From a virus (Duplodnaviria; Heunggongvirae; Uroviricota; Caudoviricetes), in the IMG/VR virus record IMGVR_UViG_2654587736_000008: DNA of 42,353 nucleotides; one strand, 5' to 3'. Position 1 is the first letter of the stretch. Every line of letters starts with the position of its first letter. The notes beneath the pieces are model-generated. The model had not been told where the DNA came from, made no database searches, and saw only the letters and a program-made list of their open reading frames with translations. Of this stretch, positions 29,084 through 37,647 are shown one piece after another. The translations under genes were made by a program, and so were the position numbers.

Positions 29084-29893
29084 TCAATGAACGGTATCGA
29101 GCAGCTTTAACAGCTCAGGGAACCGGGATTCGAAGAAATGCGGCTGCGTCTCGCGCGGATTTGCAGGACTGGTGATGTTCTTGCCGAACATGCAGCCTTT
29201 CGCCGTCAGCGACCAGAATTTTTTGATGTTGTTAATCGCGGTACGGCTGTATCGTTCGCGTTGTTCAACGATCCCCAGCTTCACCATCTGGTGATATGCC
29301 TGATTAGCCGTCAGGCGGATACCATACTGCTTCAGCAGTGCACTCAGCGACAGCGTGGGGCGACTTGAGCCATCAGGCGCGTCAGCAGGAGCATCAATGG
29401 CATAGCGCGGTGCCAGATTCGGTAAGCCAACAGCCTCCTGAAGCTTCTGACAGGCTCCAAGCACTGATGAGTTAGACAGATTTAATTCCCGGCGCATAAA
29501 GTCCAGCAGGATCACGCCAGCCTGCATCTTGTCAGCAGCCTGTCCGGATAATTTTTCCGGTGCGCTGGTTACCATGTCGAAAGTACGGATCACCTTCAGA
29601 TGGAATGACGGGCTGATCCACATTGCATAGGCATACACCAGTTCTTTGCAGACATACGTCCCCTGGTTATTTCCGCCATTAATGACGCTAACTGGTTGAT
29701 TTTGTTCCAGAGGCGGAATTCCACCCTCGGTGAAAAGTTGTTCAATCAATTCACAGGTTTGCTTATTGGAGAGCCAGTATTTCGGGCGGTTTTTTTGTTC
29801 TCCCCCGGCAGCCCTGTGCAGATCGTTCAGGCTGTAACGCCCATAAGCATCACGACGAACTTCAATACCATCAATGACCATCAGATTATTCAT
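29084..29893 (-). CDS. KilA-N domain protein
   Basis: Start MNNLMVIDGIEVRRDAYGRYSLNDLHRAAG (SD AGAGGAGAA); KilA-N-like N-terminal domain. Confidence 0.7.
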   Translation of the reverse strand: MNNLMVIDGIEVRRDAYGRYSLNDLHRAAGGEQKNRPKYWLSNKQTCELIEQLFTEGGIPPLEQNQPVSVINGGNNQGTYVCKELVYAYAMWISPSFHLKVIRTFDMVTSAPEKLSGQAADKMQAGVILLDFMRRELNLSNSSVLGACQKLQEAVGLPNLAPRYAIDAPADAPDGSSRPTLSLSALLKQYGIRLTANQAYHQMVKLGIVEQRERYSRTAINNIKKFWSLTAKGCMFGKNITSPANPRETQPHFFESRFPELLKLLDTVH

Positions 29894-29912
29894 ACTTCGT
29901 TTCTCCTCTTGA

Positions 29913-30302
29913 TCAGGCGGCTGCACCCGCCGTTTTCTCGTACTTACTGATGGTGATCTCGACCTTCCCTTTCGGGATAACCGGTCCCCACTCCACCAGC
30001 ATTCTTTTCACCTGTCTGTCGTCTTCCCACACACCCGCGTGGGTCAACGCGTCAAACAGCGCCTTGTTATAGTTGTCCAGATCGCGGATCCGGTTATCCG
30101 GAGGAAACAACACGATCTCCACTGCAGCAGGTGCCGACGTTGGTTTTGGCAGACGACGTAACTGCTCAACTATTGCTGCGCACGCCGCGCTCTGAAATTT
30201 TCGCCCCGCCGCGCTTATCAGGCTCTTACCAGCAAATGCCCCTTTGTTGGGGTGTCGCCAGTACGTGTTCACGCTGGGCGGGAAAGGCAGGATCAGCTTC
30301 AT
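29913..30302 (-). CDS. rusA: Holliday junction resolvase RusA
   Basis: 129 aa; LPFPPSVNTYWRH...RDLDNYNKALFDALTHAGVWEDD; ATG overlaps upstream stop (ATGA). Confidence 0.85.
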   Translation of the reverse strand: MKLILPFPPSVNTYWRHPNKGAFAGKSLISAAGRKFQSAACAAIVEQLRRLPKPTSAPAAVEIVLFPPDNRIRDLDNYNKALFDALTHAGVWEDDRQVKRMLVEWGPVIPKGKVEITISKYEKTAGAAA

Positions 30303-30625
30303 ACTTTCAGGCCTCTCTCATGTAACCAGTGGGTTGCACGCAGCCTGGCGTTTTCCTCACCGGCAAGCAGTGAGCGGATAATCCCGACCGCCTCGCTGTC
30401 GTCGTCCTTCACCGCGGTATGAAGAGTGATACCCCGGGCCACGCCACGCTTTATCGTGATGACGCCTTTTTTCTCCAGTGCGCGAAGATGTTCCACCGCT
30501 GCATTCACTGAACGGTATCCCAGCATGGTTGCCACCTCCTGATTGGTTGGCGGGAAGCCACGTTCTTTCTGATAAGAAATCAGCATATCCAGCACCTGCT
30601 GCTGGCATTGAGTTAACGTCGTCAT
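30299..30625 (-). CDS. LexA-type N-terminal DNA-binding-domain protein (no peptidase domain)
   Basis: 108 aa; LTQCQQQVLDMLISYQKERGFPPTNQEVATMLGYRSVNAAVEHLRALEKKGVI resembles the LexA wHTH; ATGA overlap with the upstream gene. Confidence 0.55.
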   Translation of the reverse strand: MTTLTQCQQQVLDMLISYQKERGFPPTNQEVATMLGYRSVNAAVEHLRALEKKGVITIKRGVARGITLHTAVKDDDSEAVGIIRSLLAGEENARLRATHWLHERGLKV

Positions 30626-31275
30626 GCCGCCATCTCCCTGAGCAGTTTTTCCGCCTGCTGGCGAACCTGCGCCAGAAACGCCTCACCACATGCCTCAAGT
30701 TCATCGCGCCCGATGTAGCTGATTGCCGGTCCCTTCCAGGTCTTGTCAAAAACAGCAATAGCACCAGCGAAGAAAGCTCCTGTCGGCACCTGCTTCTCGT
30801 CTTTCGGGATAAACCAGACAGGCAGTTCAAAACCAATACGCCCGCGAATAAAAGCAATATGATCTGCATCTTCCGGCCACCACACTTCGCTGGTGGCCGC
30901 TTTGATCAGGAAAACATAGCGCCCGCCCTTATCACGCATGACACTGGCATGTTTCATGATGTAACGCATGCCGGTGATGTATTGCCCCTCATGCTGACTG
31001 GCGCGGCTGTATGGGGGATTACCAAAGGCAGCACCTTTAAGCTCCGCAAGACGTTCTGACCAGTCATGCGCCAGCGCGTTATCTTCCGCCGTGTAATACG
31101 CGGCACATTTGGCGTTATCACCGTCAGTAAACAGATCCAGAACAAACGGGCCAAACAGGGTGTTAATTCCCCAGAAAATGTTGTCCGGCGTGCGCCACTG
31201 ATCGCCCACTTCCTTCAGTTCATGGGCTGGTTTGTTCCGCAGTTCCACCAGCGCCTGGCAATATTTATTACTCAT
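30622..31275 (-). CDS. Phage Dam-type DNA N6-adenine methyltransferase (NPPY family)
   Basis: Start MSNKYCQALVELRN at ATG 31275; FGNPPYS motif. Confidence 0.75.
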   Translation of the reverse strand: MSNKYCQALVELRNKPAHELKEVGDQWRTPDNIFWGINTLFGPFVLDLFTDGDNAKCAAYYTAEDNALAHDWSERLAELKGAAFGNPPYSRASQHEGQYITGMRYIMKHASVMRDKGGRYVFLIKAATSEVWWPEDADHIAFIRGRIGFELPVWFIPKDEKQVPTGAFFAGAIAVFDKTWKGPAISYIGRDELEACGEAFLAQVRQQAEKLLREMAA

Positions 31276-31763
31276 TAAGCCCCCACGTAATTCCCTGACA
31301 GATACCACTCTTCACCCGATGCAGCGCGCTTGCTGCTTTTCCGTAAGCACCGCTCACGACGCGCCAGAAAATTGTTTCGTTCTGGCTGGGAGTGGCTTTC
31401 ACGGAATGCCGCCATCCACACGGTTGCAGCACGACGGTATAAGCCCCTGGACTCCAGTTCTTCAGCCTGGCGGGTCAGGCACAAAATCACCCGTGGATCG
31501 TTAGTGCCGACATAGAAATTGCGCACAGGTCTGGTTTCTCGAACTGGTTGTGGTTCCGGTTCCTGCGCTCTCTCAGTCAGGCGCGGGAAATGTCTGCGTG
31601 TATCTCCTTCACAACGGTGAGCCACACGCCCACTCTGACGTAACTTGCTTGCTGACTGCAGAACGCGCTGCCGTGAGTAACCTGCAAAAGCATCCGCAAT
31701 GTCTCCGGAAGTACACCCCGGATGGGCTTCAATGAATTTCTGAACTTCATTCAAAAGACTCAT
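31275..31763 (-). CDS. PerC/Pch-like transcriptional regulator domain protein
   Basis: C-terminal AEELESRGLYRRAATVWMAAFRE...RRERCLRK resembles the PerC family signature; N-terminal ~90 aa unassigned. Confidence 0.5.
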   Translation of the reverse strand: MSLLNEVQKFIEAHPGCTSGDIADAFAGYSRQRVLQSASKLRQSGRVAHRCEGDTRRHFPRLTERAQEPEPQPVRETRPVRNFYVGTNDPRVILCLTRQAEELESRGLYRRAATVWMAAFRESHSQPERNNFLARRERCLRKSSKRAASGEEWYLSGNYVGA

Positions 31764-31765
31764 GA

Positions 31766-32584
31766 TCACCCCCTGAATCCTGCCGGGATCTGGCTGTAGT
31801 CCACGTTGTCGTAACTGGCTTTGAAGTACGGGTCCTCGCGTCTGGCTGCAGATACCGCAGGAACTTCCCAGGATTCTTCGAAATGACGATCCGGACCAAA
31901 GAACGTAACAGCCTGTTTCACAAATTGTGTGCCGCTGTTACCCATCGCAGATACCCAGCCCGCGTAGCGTTTCACACCTTCCAGCATGGTTTCGGGGTTT
32001 ACCCCCTCATTCAAACGGGCTTTCCAGGCTTTGAAGGCTGCAGATTTTGAATTGCCACCAGCACGTTTGGGATATACCAGCCATGCCTGCTCAAACTCCG
32101 GAGAGTATTCCGGTCGGTTTGAACGAACTCGCACGGACTCATCAACTGATGCACCAACAGCTATTGGTTCATTGACTGGTTCTTTGACTGGTTCAAAAGA
32201 GTGACTGGTTCTGGGTGAATCTCCTGCACTACCCCCTGGTGCAACTCCTGCACTACCTGGTGAATTTGCTGCACCAGATAGTGAATTATTTGCACTACCC
32301 CCTAGTGAATCTCCTGCACCATCCAGATGAAGGAGATAGATATTACTTGAGTTACCTTTTTCACCTTTCCGGGTGACTTTTTTTACCAGCCCGGACTCAC
32401 AAAGGGCCGCAATATGATTCATCACAGAACGTTTGCTAATCTCGCACTGGTCAGCAATATGCTGGTAGCTGGGCCAGCACTCCCCCTGATCGCTGGCATT
32501 ATCAGCCAGCTTGATCAGAACCAGTTTTCGCAATGGATTACCCACTCGAATTTTCATCGCTTTAACCATCAGCTCCATACTCAT
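31766..32584 (-). CDS. Replication initiator (O-like, N-terminal wHTH) containing the origin iterons
   Basis: 272 aa; N-terminal wHTH; Gly/Ser/Ala-rich central linker encoded by the DNA repeats; conserved C-terminal domain. Confidence 0.65.
   Translation of the reverse strand: MSMELMVKAMKIRVGNPLRKLVLIKLADNASDQGECWPSYQHIADQCEISKRSVMNHIAALCESGLVKKVTRKGEKGNSSNIYLLHLDGAGDSLGGSANNSLSGAANSPGSAGVAPGGSAGDSPRTSHSFEPVKEPVNEPIAVGASVDESVRVRSNRPEYSPEFEQAWLVYPKRAGGNSKSAAFKAWKARLNEGVNPETMLEGVKRYAGWVSAMGNSGTQFVKQAVTFFGPDRHFEESWEVPAVSAARREDPYFKASYDNVDYSQIPAGFRG
32165..32325. repeat. Iteron-like direct repeats (candidate ori) inside the initiator gene
   Basis: At least three copies of TGACTGGTTC followed by about five ~21-bp repeats with core TCCTGCAC(T/C)A. 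Confidence 0.6.
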
Positions 32585-32805
32585 GCAGCACCTCCGAGAT
32601 GCTTCATGTTTTTTCCGGAGCGAAAGGCTATAAGCGGCATACTGACGCGGTAACTACGGCCCAGCGGTTCACAAATCACCTTCTGACATTCACGGTCAAC
32701 CAGGCTAACACGTAGAACATGCCCTGCAGGTGTGGTGTACCACTGACCCGGACGAGGACAACGGAAAGTCTGATTGGTAAACCGTTTGAAAATATTCCGG
32801 ATCAT
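32581..32805 (-). CDS. Hypothetical protein (74 aa)
   Basis: ATGA-coupled to both neighbours. Confidence 0.45.
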   Translation of the reverse strand: MIRNIFKRFTNQTFRCPRPGQWYTTPAGHVLRVSLVDRECQKVICEPLGRSYRVSMPLIAFRSGKNMKHLGGAA

Positions 32806-33953
32806 TTGCGCCCCCTTACCTCTGAAGGGTTCAGCGACAAATTTATGAGGCAGGCCAGTGCCGAAGCATCATTAATATAGTCATACAAGCTAACAGCCAG
32901 CGGAGATTCGGCTTTTGCCAACATAGGATAAAGCTGCTGCAGCCAGACCTGATGAATTGATGAAATGTAGGAATAGAGAACGCTGGCGTTATGTGCAACG
33001 TCGCTCAGTACAGAGGGATTTGAAAGCTGTTTCTCCATCTGGTTAAAGGCATTGATGTATGCCTCTTTGAACTGGGCAGCACGTTTACCCGTGAAACCCA
33101 TAGCAAGAAACGCAAAGCCGTCGCGGGTTATTTGATAGCAAGGTAGTTTGCGGCCTGTGCAATCGGTGTAATCACTCGCCGAAAAATTGCGGGAAGTGAA
33201 TGATGCAGAGCATTCAAGCGTGCGGATCTTTTTCAGTACATCGTCATGACGTTTGGAGAAGAAGTTGGCAACAGCCAGGGATGAAGTAACAGCCTGACCA
33301 TCAACGATGGCAATTTCAGGTTGAGTGAGGGTTGGGATCGTAGCCATGATGGCAGCCTCTTTGGTGATTTTTAATAACTCACCACCAAGGCTTTCCACGA
33401 CCTTATTGGTGGTGAGACGTACAGGGGTGGAAATACCGGTCACCAAAGAACCCGGCCCAACCGAAGTTGGCCCTGCACGCCCCACCATAATTTGGGCGTA
33501 ATGCTGCTCATTACACAAAAAAACCGCAAGAGCGCGGTTGTGCGCTTTGGTGAATTCCGAGTTTCCACGCCCGGCACCCGCTTTATAAGGTGCCTGAACA
33601 GTGTAACGTCCCGGAATGGCAGAATCAATGTGCTGGTGGTCCTTCACACTCAACAAAATCACGCCTGAATTTCCACAAAGGACTAAAGCACTCATGCGGG
33701 TAGTCTTTGCGAAGATAGATAACGCGCTGTGTTTCTGGCTCCCAACGAATAACATGGACATAAAGCCCTCTTCCGTCACGAAACCAGCGGTTAAGTTCCT
33801 GCACAACTCGCCCCCCACAGTCAGGTAAAGTTCTCTGTGGTTACTTACAGCCAAGTGATTTGGTAATCTGCATTCATGCCGTAACAACAGGTGTTCAGCG
33901 ACACTGACCACCAGCTGTTGCGACAAACGGTTATTTGCCGTTAAACTGTTCAT
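32802..33953 (-). CDS. Rha-family phage regulatory protein with a ~200-aa N-terminal extension (alternative start ATG 33348)
   Basis: pRha domain (IAIVDGQAVTSSLAVANFFSKRHDDVLKKIRTL...YQITRDGFAFLAMGFTGKRAAQFKEAYINAFNQMEKQL) in the C-terminal half; the ORF is open to ATG 33953, which overlaps the upstream stop (ATGA). Confidence 0.6.
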   Translation of the reverse strand: MNSLTANNRLSQQLVVSVAEHLLLRHECRLPNHLAVSNHRELYLTVGGELCRNLTAGFVTEEGFMSMLFVGSQKHSALSIFAKTTRMSALVLCGNSGVILLSVKDHQHIDSAIPGRYTVQAPYKAGAGRGNSEFTKAHNRALAVFLCNEQHYAQIMVGRAGPTSVGPGSLVTGISTPVRLTTNKVVESLGGELLKITKEAAIMATIPTLTQPEIAIVDGQAVTSSLAVANFFSKRHDDVLKKIRTLECSASFTSRNFSASDYTDCTGRKLPCYQITRDGFAFLAMGFTGKRAAQFKEAYINAFNQMEKQLSNPSVLSDVAHNASVLYSYISSIHQVWLQQLYPMLAKAESPLAVSLYDYINDASALACLINLSLNPSEVRGRK

Positions 33954-34501
33954 GCGTTAGTTTCTCCACAGACACAAAACGCCACGACGCCCGGAGCTGC
34001 ACACTCGCGGGCGTCACTCTTTTCTGGAGCGCAGAAGATTTTGTAGACCAGTGCTGCATGCTCCTGGAGCTTCGAAATTGACAGATACAACTCATCATTA
34101 ATTGCTGTCTGCTCGTGTGGCTCCACGACCCCATCTTCGATTGCCGAACGAATCTGCTTTGAGTAATTCCCGATCTGTTCGATGACTTCCAGCAGGCGCT
34201 GGTTTATATCGGCGTTCTCTACTTCCTCAATTTCAGGAAGCGATACGAACACCCCACCAGCAGACTGTGCGACAGCATCCGCAATGTAGTGAGTGCCAGC
34301 CGCGCGCTGTAAAACCATTGCCCATCCCAGCGGGAAAATCTGATCGCCATCTGCACGAAGGCGGTTGAATAAAGCGTTCTCTGTTACATCCAGCCAGTCA
34401 GCAGCTTCAGCGTAACCCCCAGGCAATGCCGCGATAGTTTTTCTGACAGCTTTCACGTACCACTCAGGTTGTTTTTCCACTTTCCAATGATGCTTACCCA
34501 C
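33950..34501 (-). CDS. YdaT-like (CII-position) regulatory protein
   Basis: 183 aa; GTG start with SD AGGAGGT; sits immediately downstream of cro as in Rac ydaS-ydaT. Confidence 0.45.
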   Translation of the reverse strand: MGKHHWKVEKQPEWYVKAVRKTIAALPGGYAEAADWLDVTENALFNRLRADGDQIFPLGWAMVLQRAAGTHYIADAVAQSAGGVFVSLPEIEEVENADINQRLLEVIEQIGNYSKQIRSAIEDGVVEPHEQTAINDELYLSISKLQEHAALVYKIFCAPEKSDARECAAPGVVAFCVCGETNA

Positions 34502-34754
34502 GGCTTACCTCCTGTTCCTGTGGTTTAAACCCATTCTGGTTTTGGCTAGATTGAAAACGTGCCGGATAAAGAATCTGCATTTCGCTGATTTCACCCTTAA
34601 AAAAATTGGCCAGACGTTCTGCAAGATCGATAGATGGAATTTGTTCCAGTCTTTCAATACGACTCAGCGTCGCTGGATTGACCTGAACGCCCGCAGCAAC
34701 ATGCTGCAAAGTAAATCCGTGCGCCTTACGCACATTCCGTAATGGTGATTGCAT
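34494..34754 (-). CDS. cro: Cro-like HTH repressor (XRE family)
   Basis: 86 aa; HTH FTLQHVAAGVQVNPATLSRIE; strong SD GGAGG; divergent from cI. Confidence 0.75.
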   Translation of the reverse strand: MQSPLRNVRKAHGFTLQHVAAGVQVNPATLSRIERLEQIPSIDLAERLANFFKGEISEMQILYPARFQSSQNQNGFKPQEQEVSRG

Positions 34755-34851
34755 ATAACCTCCACATATTGCGTGATGAGCATATTATTTCACGCAAATA
34801 TTTTGCGCAAGTTGATTTGCTTAACGCGCAATAAAGAAATGTAATAAACGC
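34755..34851. promoter_or_regulatory. Divergent cI/cro promoter-operator region (OR-like)
   Basis: Repeated half-sites TTGCGTGA / TCACGCAA / TTGCGCAA / CGCGCAA in 97 bp. Confidence 0.7.
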
Positions 34852-35544
34852 ATGAACATAGGAAATCGAGTCAGACAACTTCGCCAGGCGAAGAACATGA
34901 AAATCGCCGATCTCGCTGAAGCAATAGGAGTGGATGCGGCGAATATCTCGCGCCTCGAAACAGGTAAGCAGAAACAATTCACTGAACAAGCCCTGAGTAA
35001 TATTGCCAGGAGCTTAGGTGTTGATATTGCTGATCTCTTTACCTCAGACCTCAAAAGTAATACTGTATGTAAAAACAGTATTAGTGAGGATGTTGCGCAG
35101 GTGAAGGATGTATTCCGTATTGAAATGCTGGATGTCAGTGCCAGTGCGGGAAATGGCCTTATCCAGGGCGGTGATGTCATTGATGTGATTCATGCCATTG
35201 AATACAGAACTGATAATGCTGTATCGATGTTTGGTGGACGACCAGCAAATCACATTAAAGTTATCAACGTTCGTGGGGACAGTATGTGTCCAACCATTGA
35301 GCCAGGAGATCTCATCTTCGTTGATATCAGTATCAATCAGTTTGATGGGGATGGTATATATGTATTTGGTTTTGATGATAAAATTTACGTCAAACGACTG
35401 CAAATGATACCTGATAAACTGCTGGTAATTTCTGATAATCAGATTTACCGCGAATGGGGAATTACCAGCGAAAACGAACACCGGTTTATGGTCTTTGGAA
35501 AGGTCTTAATCAGTCAGTCACAAACCCTTAAGCGACACAATTAA
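34852..35544 (+). CDS. cI: CI-type prophage repressor (HTH plus S24 LexA-like peptidase domain)
   Basis: 230 aa; N-terminal HTH; Ala-Gly (SASAGNG) candidate cleavage site; S24 Ser in GDSM and Lys in VKRL. Confidence 0.85.
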   Translation: MNIGNRVRQLRQAKNMKIADLAEAIGVDAANISRLETGKQKQFTEQALSNIARSLGVDIADLFTSDLKSNTVCKNSISEDVAQVKDVFRIEMLDVSASAGNGLIQGGDVIDVIHAIEYRTDNAVSMFGGRPANHIKVINVRGDSMCPTIEPGDLIFVDISINQFDGDGIYVFGFDDKIYVKRLQMIPDKLLVISDNQIYREWGITSENEHRFMVFGKVLISQSQTLKRHN

Positions 35545-35565
35545 CCCCCTACCTCAACATCAATT

Positions 35566-35590
35566 AGCCACCAGAAGGTGGCTTTTCATT
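35566..35590 (+). terminator. Intrinsic terminator after cI
   Basis: AGCCACC-AGAA-GGTGGCT followed by TTTTCATT. Confidence 0.6.
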
Positions 35591-35592
35591 AC

Positions 35593-35645
35593 TCACGCTA
35601 TTGCATATCTCGCAACAAAACACTTGCACATTACGCAATTTCATT
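35593..35645 (+). promoter_or_regulatory. Candidate OL/pL region
   Basis: Operator-like half-sites (TTGCATATCTCGCAA, TTGCGTAAT revcomp) similar to those in OR. Confidence 0.35.
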
Positions 35646-36083
35646 TTATCTTTCTTTCCAGACCAACAAACAAGGTCCTAACAAAATTTGGTTGTAACAC
35701 GGCGTATGGCACATGCGTCGTTAGCGGTCTGGGGACGTTAAAGGGGACAATCCACTCCTTGCTCGAGCAGACAAACCAGGTAGCCGGAATGTGCAAGTCA
35801 ATGAGGATGCTGATAAGACGCCTAACCAGCGTGGCGATTCGGTTTGACGCCTGGGAAGAGACCAGGGTGCAACGATGAGGGCATTTATGGAACCGCGACA
35901 AAGTGTGGTGCCGTAACTGGCTAAGTGCTCTCAGCGTTGTGGTGAATGCGCAGGCTGATGCGCGAAAGACATTGCAGCTATTGCGGAAAAGAGCTGTTCG
36001 GCGGGGCAATTAAACGCCCGTGAGAGTCTGAAATAACCGCAAGCCGGAGATCAGCACCGGTCACCACAACAGCCACTGCTTTG

Positions 36084-36129
36084 GCGGTACCAGTTTGTAC
36101 ACTTGCTTCCGGCTGGTACCGCTCTTTTT
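36084..36129 (+). terminator. Strong hairpin with T-tract in the pL leader (tL-like)
   Basis: Perfect 10-bp stem GCGGTACCAG/CTGGTACCGC (19-nt loop) followed by TCTTTTT. Confidence 0.5.
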
Positions 36130-36266
36130 ACAAAACAGAGAAGAGCATCACCGGACGACGGGCTCATAACCCAATCCATCCGGGCGGCAGTCACCGCAGG
36201 TGTTCTTCTCTGTTTTGTGGAGAAACCAACCGACCTTGCAGGGTCGATATGATGAGGAGCAGCAAA

Positions 36267-36629
36267 ATGGCTAGCGAACGCAGTACTGATGTGCAGGCAT
36301 TTATCGGGGAGCTGGACGGCGGCGTATTTGAAACCAAAATCGGCGCTGTTCTCAGTGAAGTCGCTTCCGGTGTGATGAACACGAAAACCAAAGGTAAGGT
36401 CTCGCTCAACCTGGAAATCGAACCGTTTGATGAGAACCGTGTGAAAATCAAACACAAACTCTCATATGTTCGCCCGACTAACCGCGGGAAAATTTCTGAA
36501 GAAGACACCACCGAAACGCCGATGTATGTCAATCGCGGTGGTCGCCTGACTATTCTGCAGGAAGACCAGGGACAATTACTGACTCTTGCCGGTGAACCTG
36601 ACGGAAAACTCCGCGCAGCAGGTCATTAA
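36267..36629 (+). CDS. yfdP: YfdP-like protein (CPS-53-type early gene)
   Basis: 120 aa from ATG 36267 (MASERSTDVQAFIGEL...) with SD GAGGAG. Confidence 0.55.
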   Translation: MASERSTDVQAFIGELDGGVFETKIGAVLSEVASGVMNTKTKGKVSLNLEIEPFDENRVKIKHKLSYVRPTNRGKISEEDTTETPMYVNRGGRLTILQEDQGQLLTLAGEPDGKLRAAGH

Positions 36630-36694
36630 TATCGTTCTTAATTAACTGATTATTTATCTCATCACTGAATATCTTTATATAGTGAGGACTTATT

Positions 36695-37519
36695 ATGTCT
36701 CAGAACTTAGACGCAACCGCAATTAATCAAATCCATGCTCTTATTTCTGCTCAGGGTGTTAATGAAATTATCAGTAAGATTGGTGCCGATGCTGTGGCAT
36801 TGCCTGAGAATTTCCGCATTCATGATCTGGAAAAATTTAATTTAAATCGCTTCCGTTTCCGTGGTGCGCTTTCCACTGCCAGCATCGATGACTTTACCCG
36901 TTATTCTAAAGATCTTGCAGATGAAGGCACCCGCTGCTTTATCGATGCCGATAATATGCGAGCCGTCAGTGTGCTTAACCTGGGTACTATTGATGAACCA
37001 GGTCACGCAGATAACACCGCCACTCTCAAACTGAAAAAGACAGCACCGTTCTCTGCTCTGTTGTCTGTTAACGGCGAGCGTCATTCCCAGAAGTCACTGG
37101 CAGAATGGATTGAAGACTGGGCCGACTACCTTGTGGGCTTTGATGCTAATGGTGACGCTATTCAGGCAACAAAAGCGGCTGCGGCTGTCCGTAAAATCAC
37201 GATTGAAGCAAACCAGACCGCTGATTTTGAAGATAATGACTTCAGCGGCAAACGCTCCCTGATGGAGTCTGTCGAAGCGAAAACCAAAGATATTATGCCA
37301 GTGGCATTTGAATTTAAATGCGTTCCGTTTGAAGGTCTGAAAGAACGTCCATTTAAATTACGCCTCAGCATTATCACTGGCGATCGTCCTGTACTGGTTC
37401 TGCGCATTATTCAGCTGGAAGCAGTGCAGGAAGAAATGGCTAACGAATTTCGTGATCTGCTTGTTGAGAAATTCAAAGACAGCAAAGTAGAAACCTTTAT
37501 TGGTACTTTCACCGCCTGA
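36695..37519 (+). CDS. yfdQ: DUF2303 family protein, YfdQ-like
   Basis: 274 aa, [21 protein letters not shown]...; recognised by resemblance to E. coli CPS-53 YfdQ from memory. Confidence 0.65.
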   Translation: MSQNLDATAINQIHALISAQGVNEIISKIGADAVALPENFRIHDLEKFNLNRFRFRGALSTASIDDFTRYSKDLADEGTRCFIDADNMRAVSVLNLGTIDEPGHADNTATLKLKKTAPFSALLSVNGERHSQKSLAEWIEDWADYLVGFDANGDAIQATKAAAAVRKITIEANQTADFEDNDFSGKRSLMESVEAKTKDIMPVAFEFKCVPFEGLKERPFKLRLSIITGDRPVLVLRIIQLEAVQEEMANEFRDLLVEKFKDSKVETFIGTFTA

Positions 37520-37647
37520 TTTCATTACTGCAAATGCCCCTGCGGGGGCATTTATGGAAACGTAATTAACTCAATAATCGCCGGATGGTGCGGGATTCCT
37601 TTTACCCGAATTCAGCGCGGTGCAGCGCATATAAAGTGGAGAACGAA

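Noticed and set aside
33616-33828. 70-aa plus-strand ORF antisense to the Rha-domain ORF's N-terminal extension
   Set aside because: No ribosome-binding site and no family resemblance; kept only as a caveat on whether the N-terminal extension is really coding.
35624-35878. 84-aa plus-strand ORF in the pL leader as a possible N antiterminator
   Set aside because: Begins at TTG without an SD, lacks the Arg-rich N-terminal motif of N proteins, and is hydrophobic and low-complexity.
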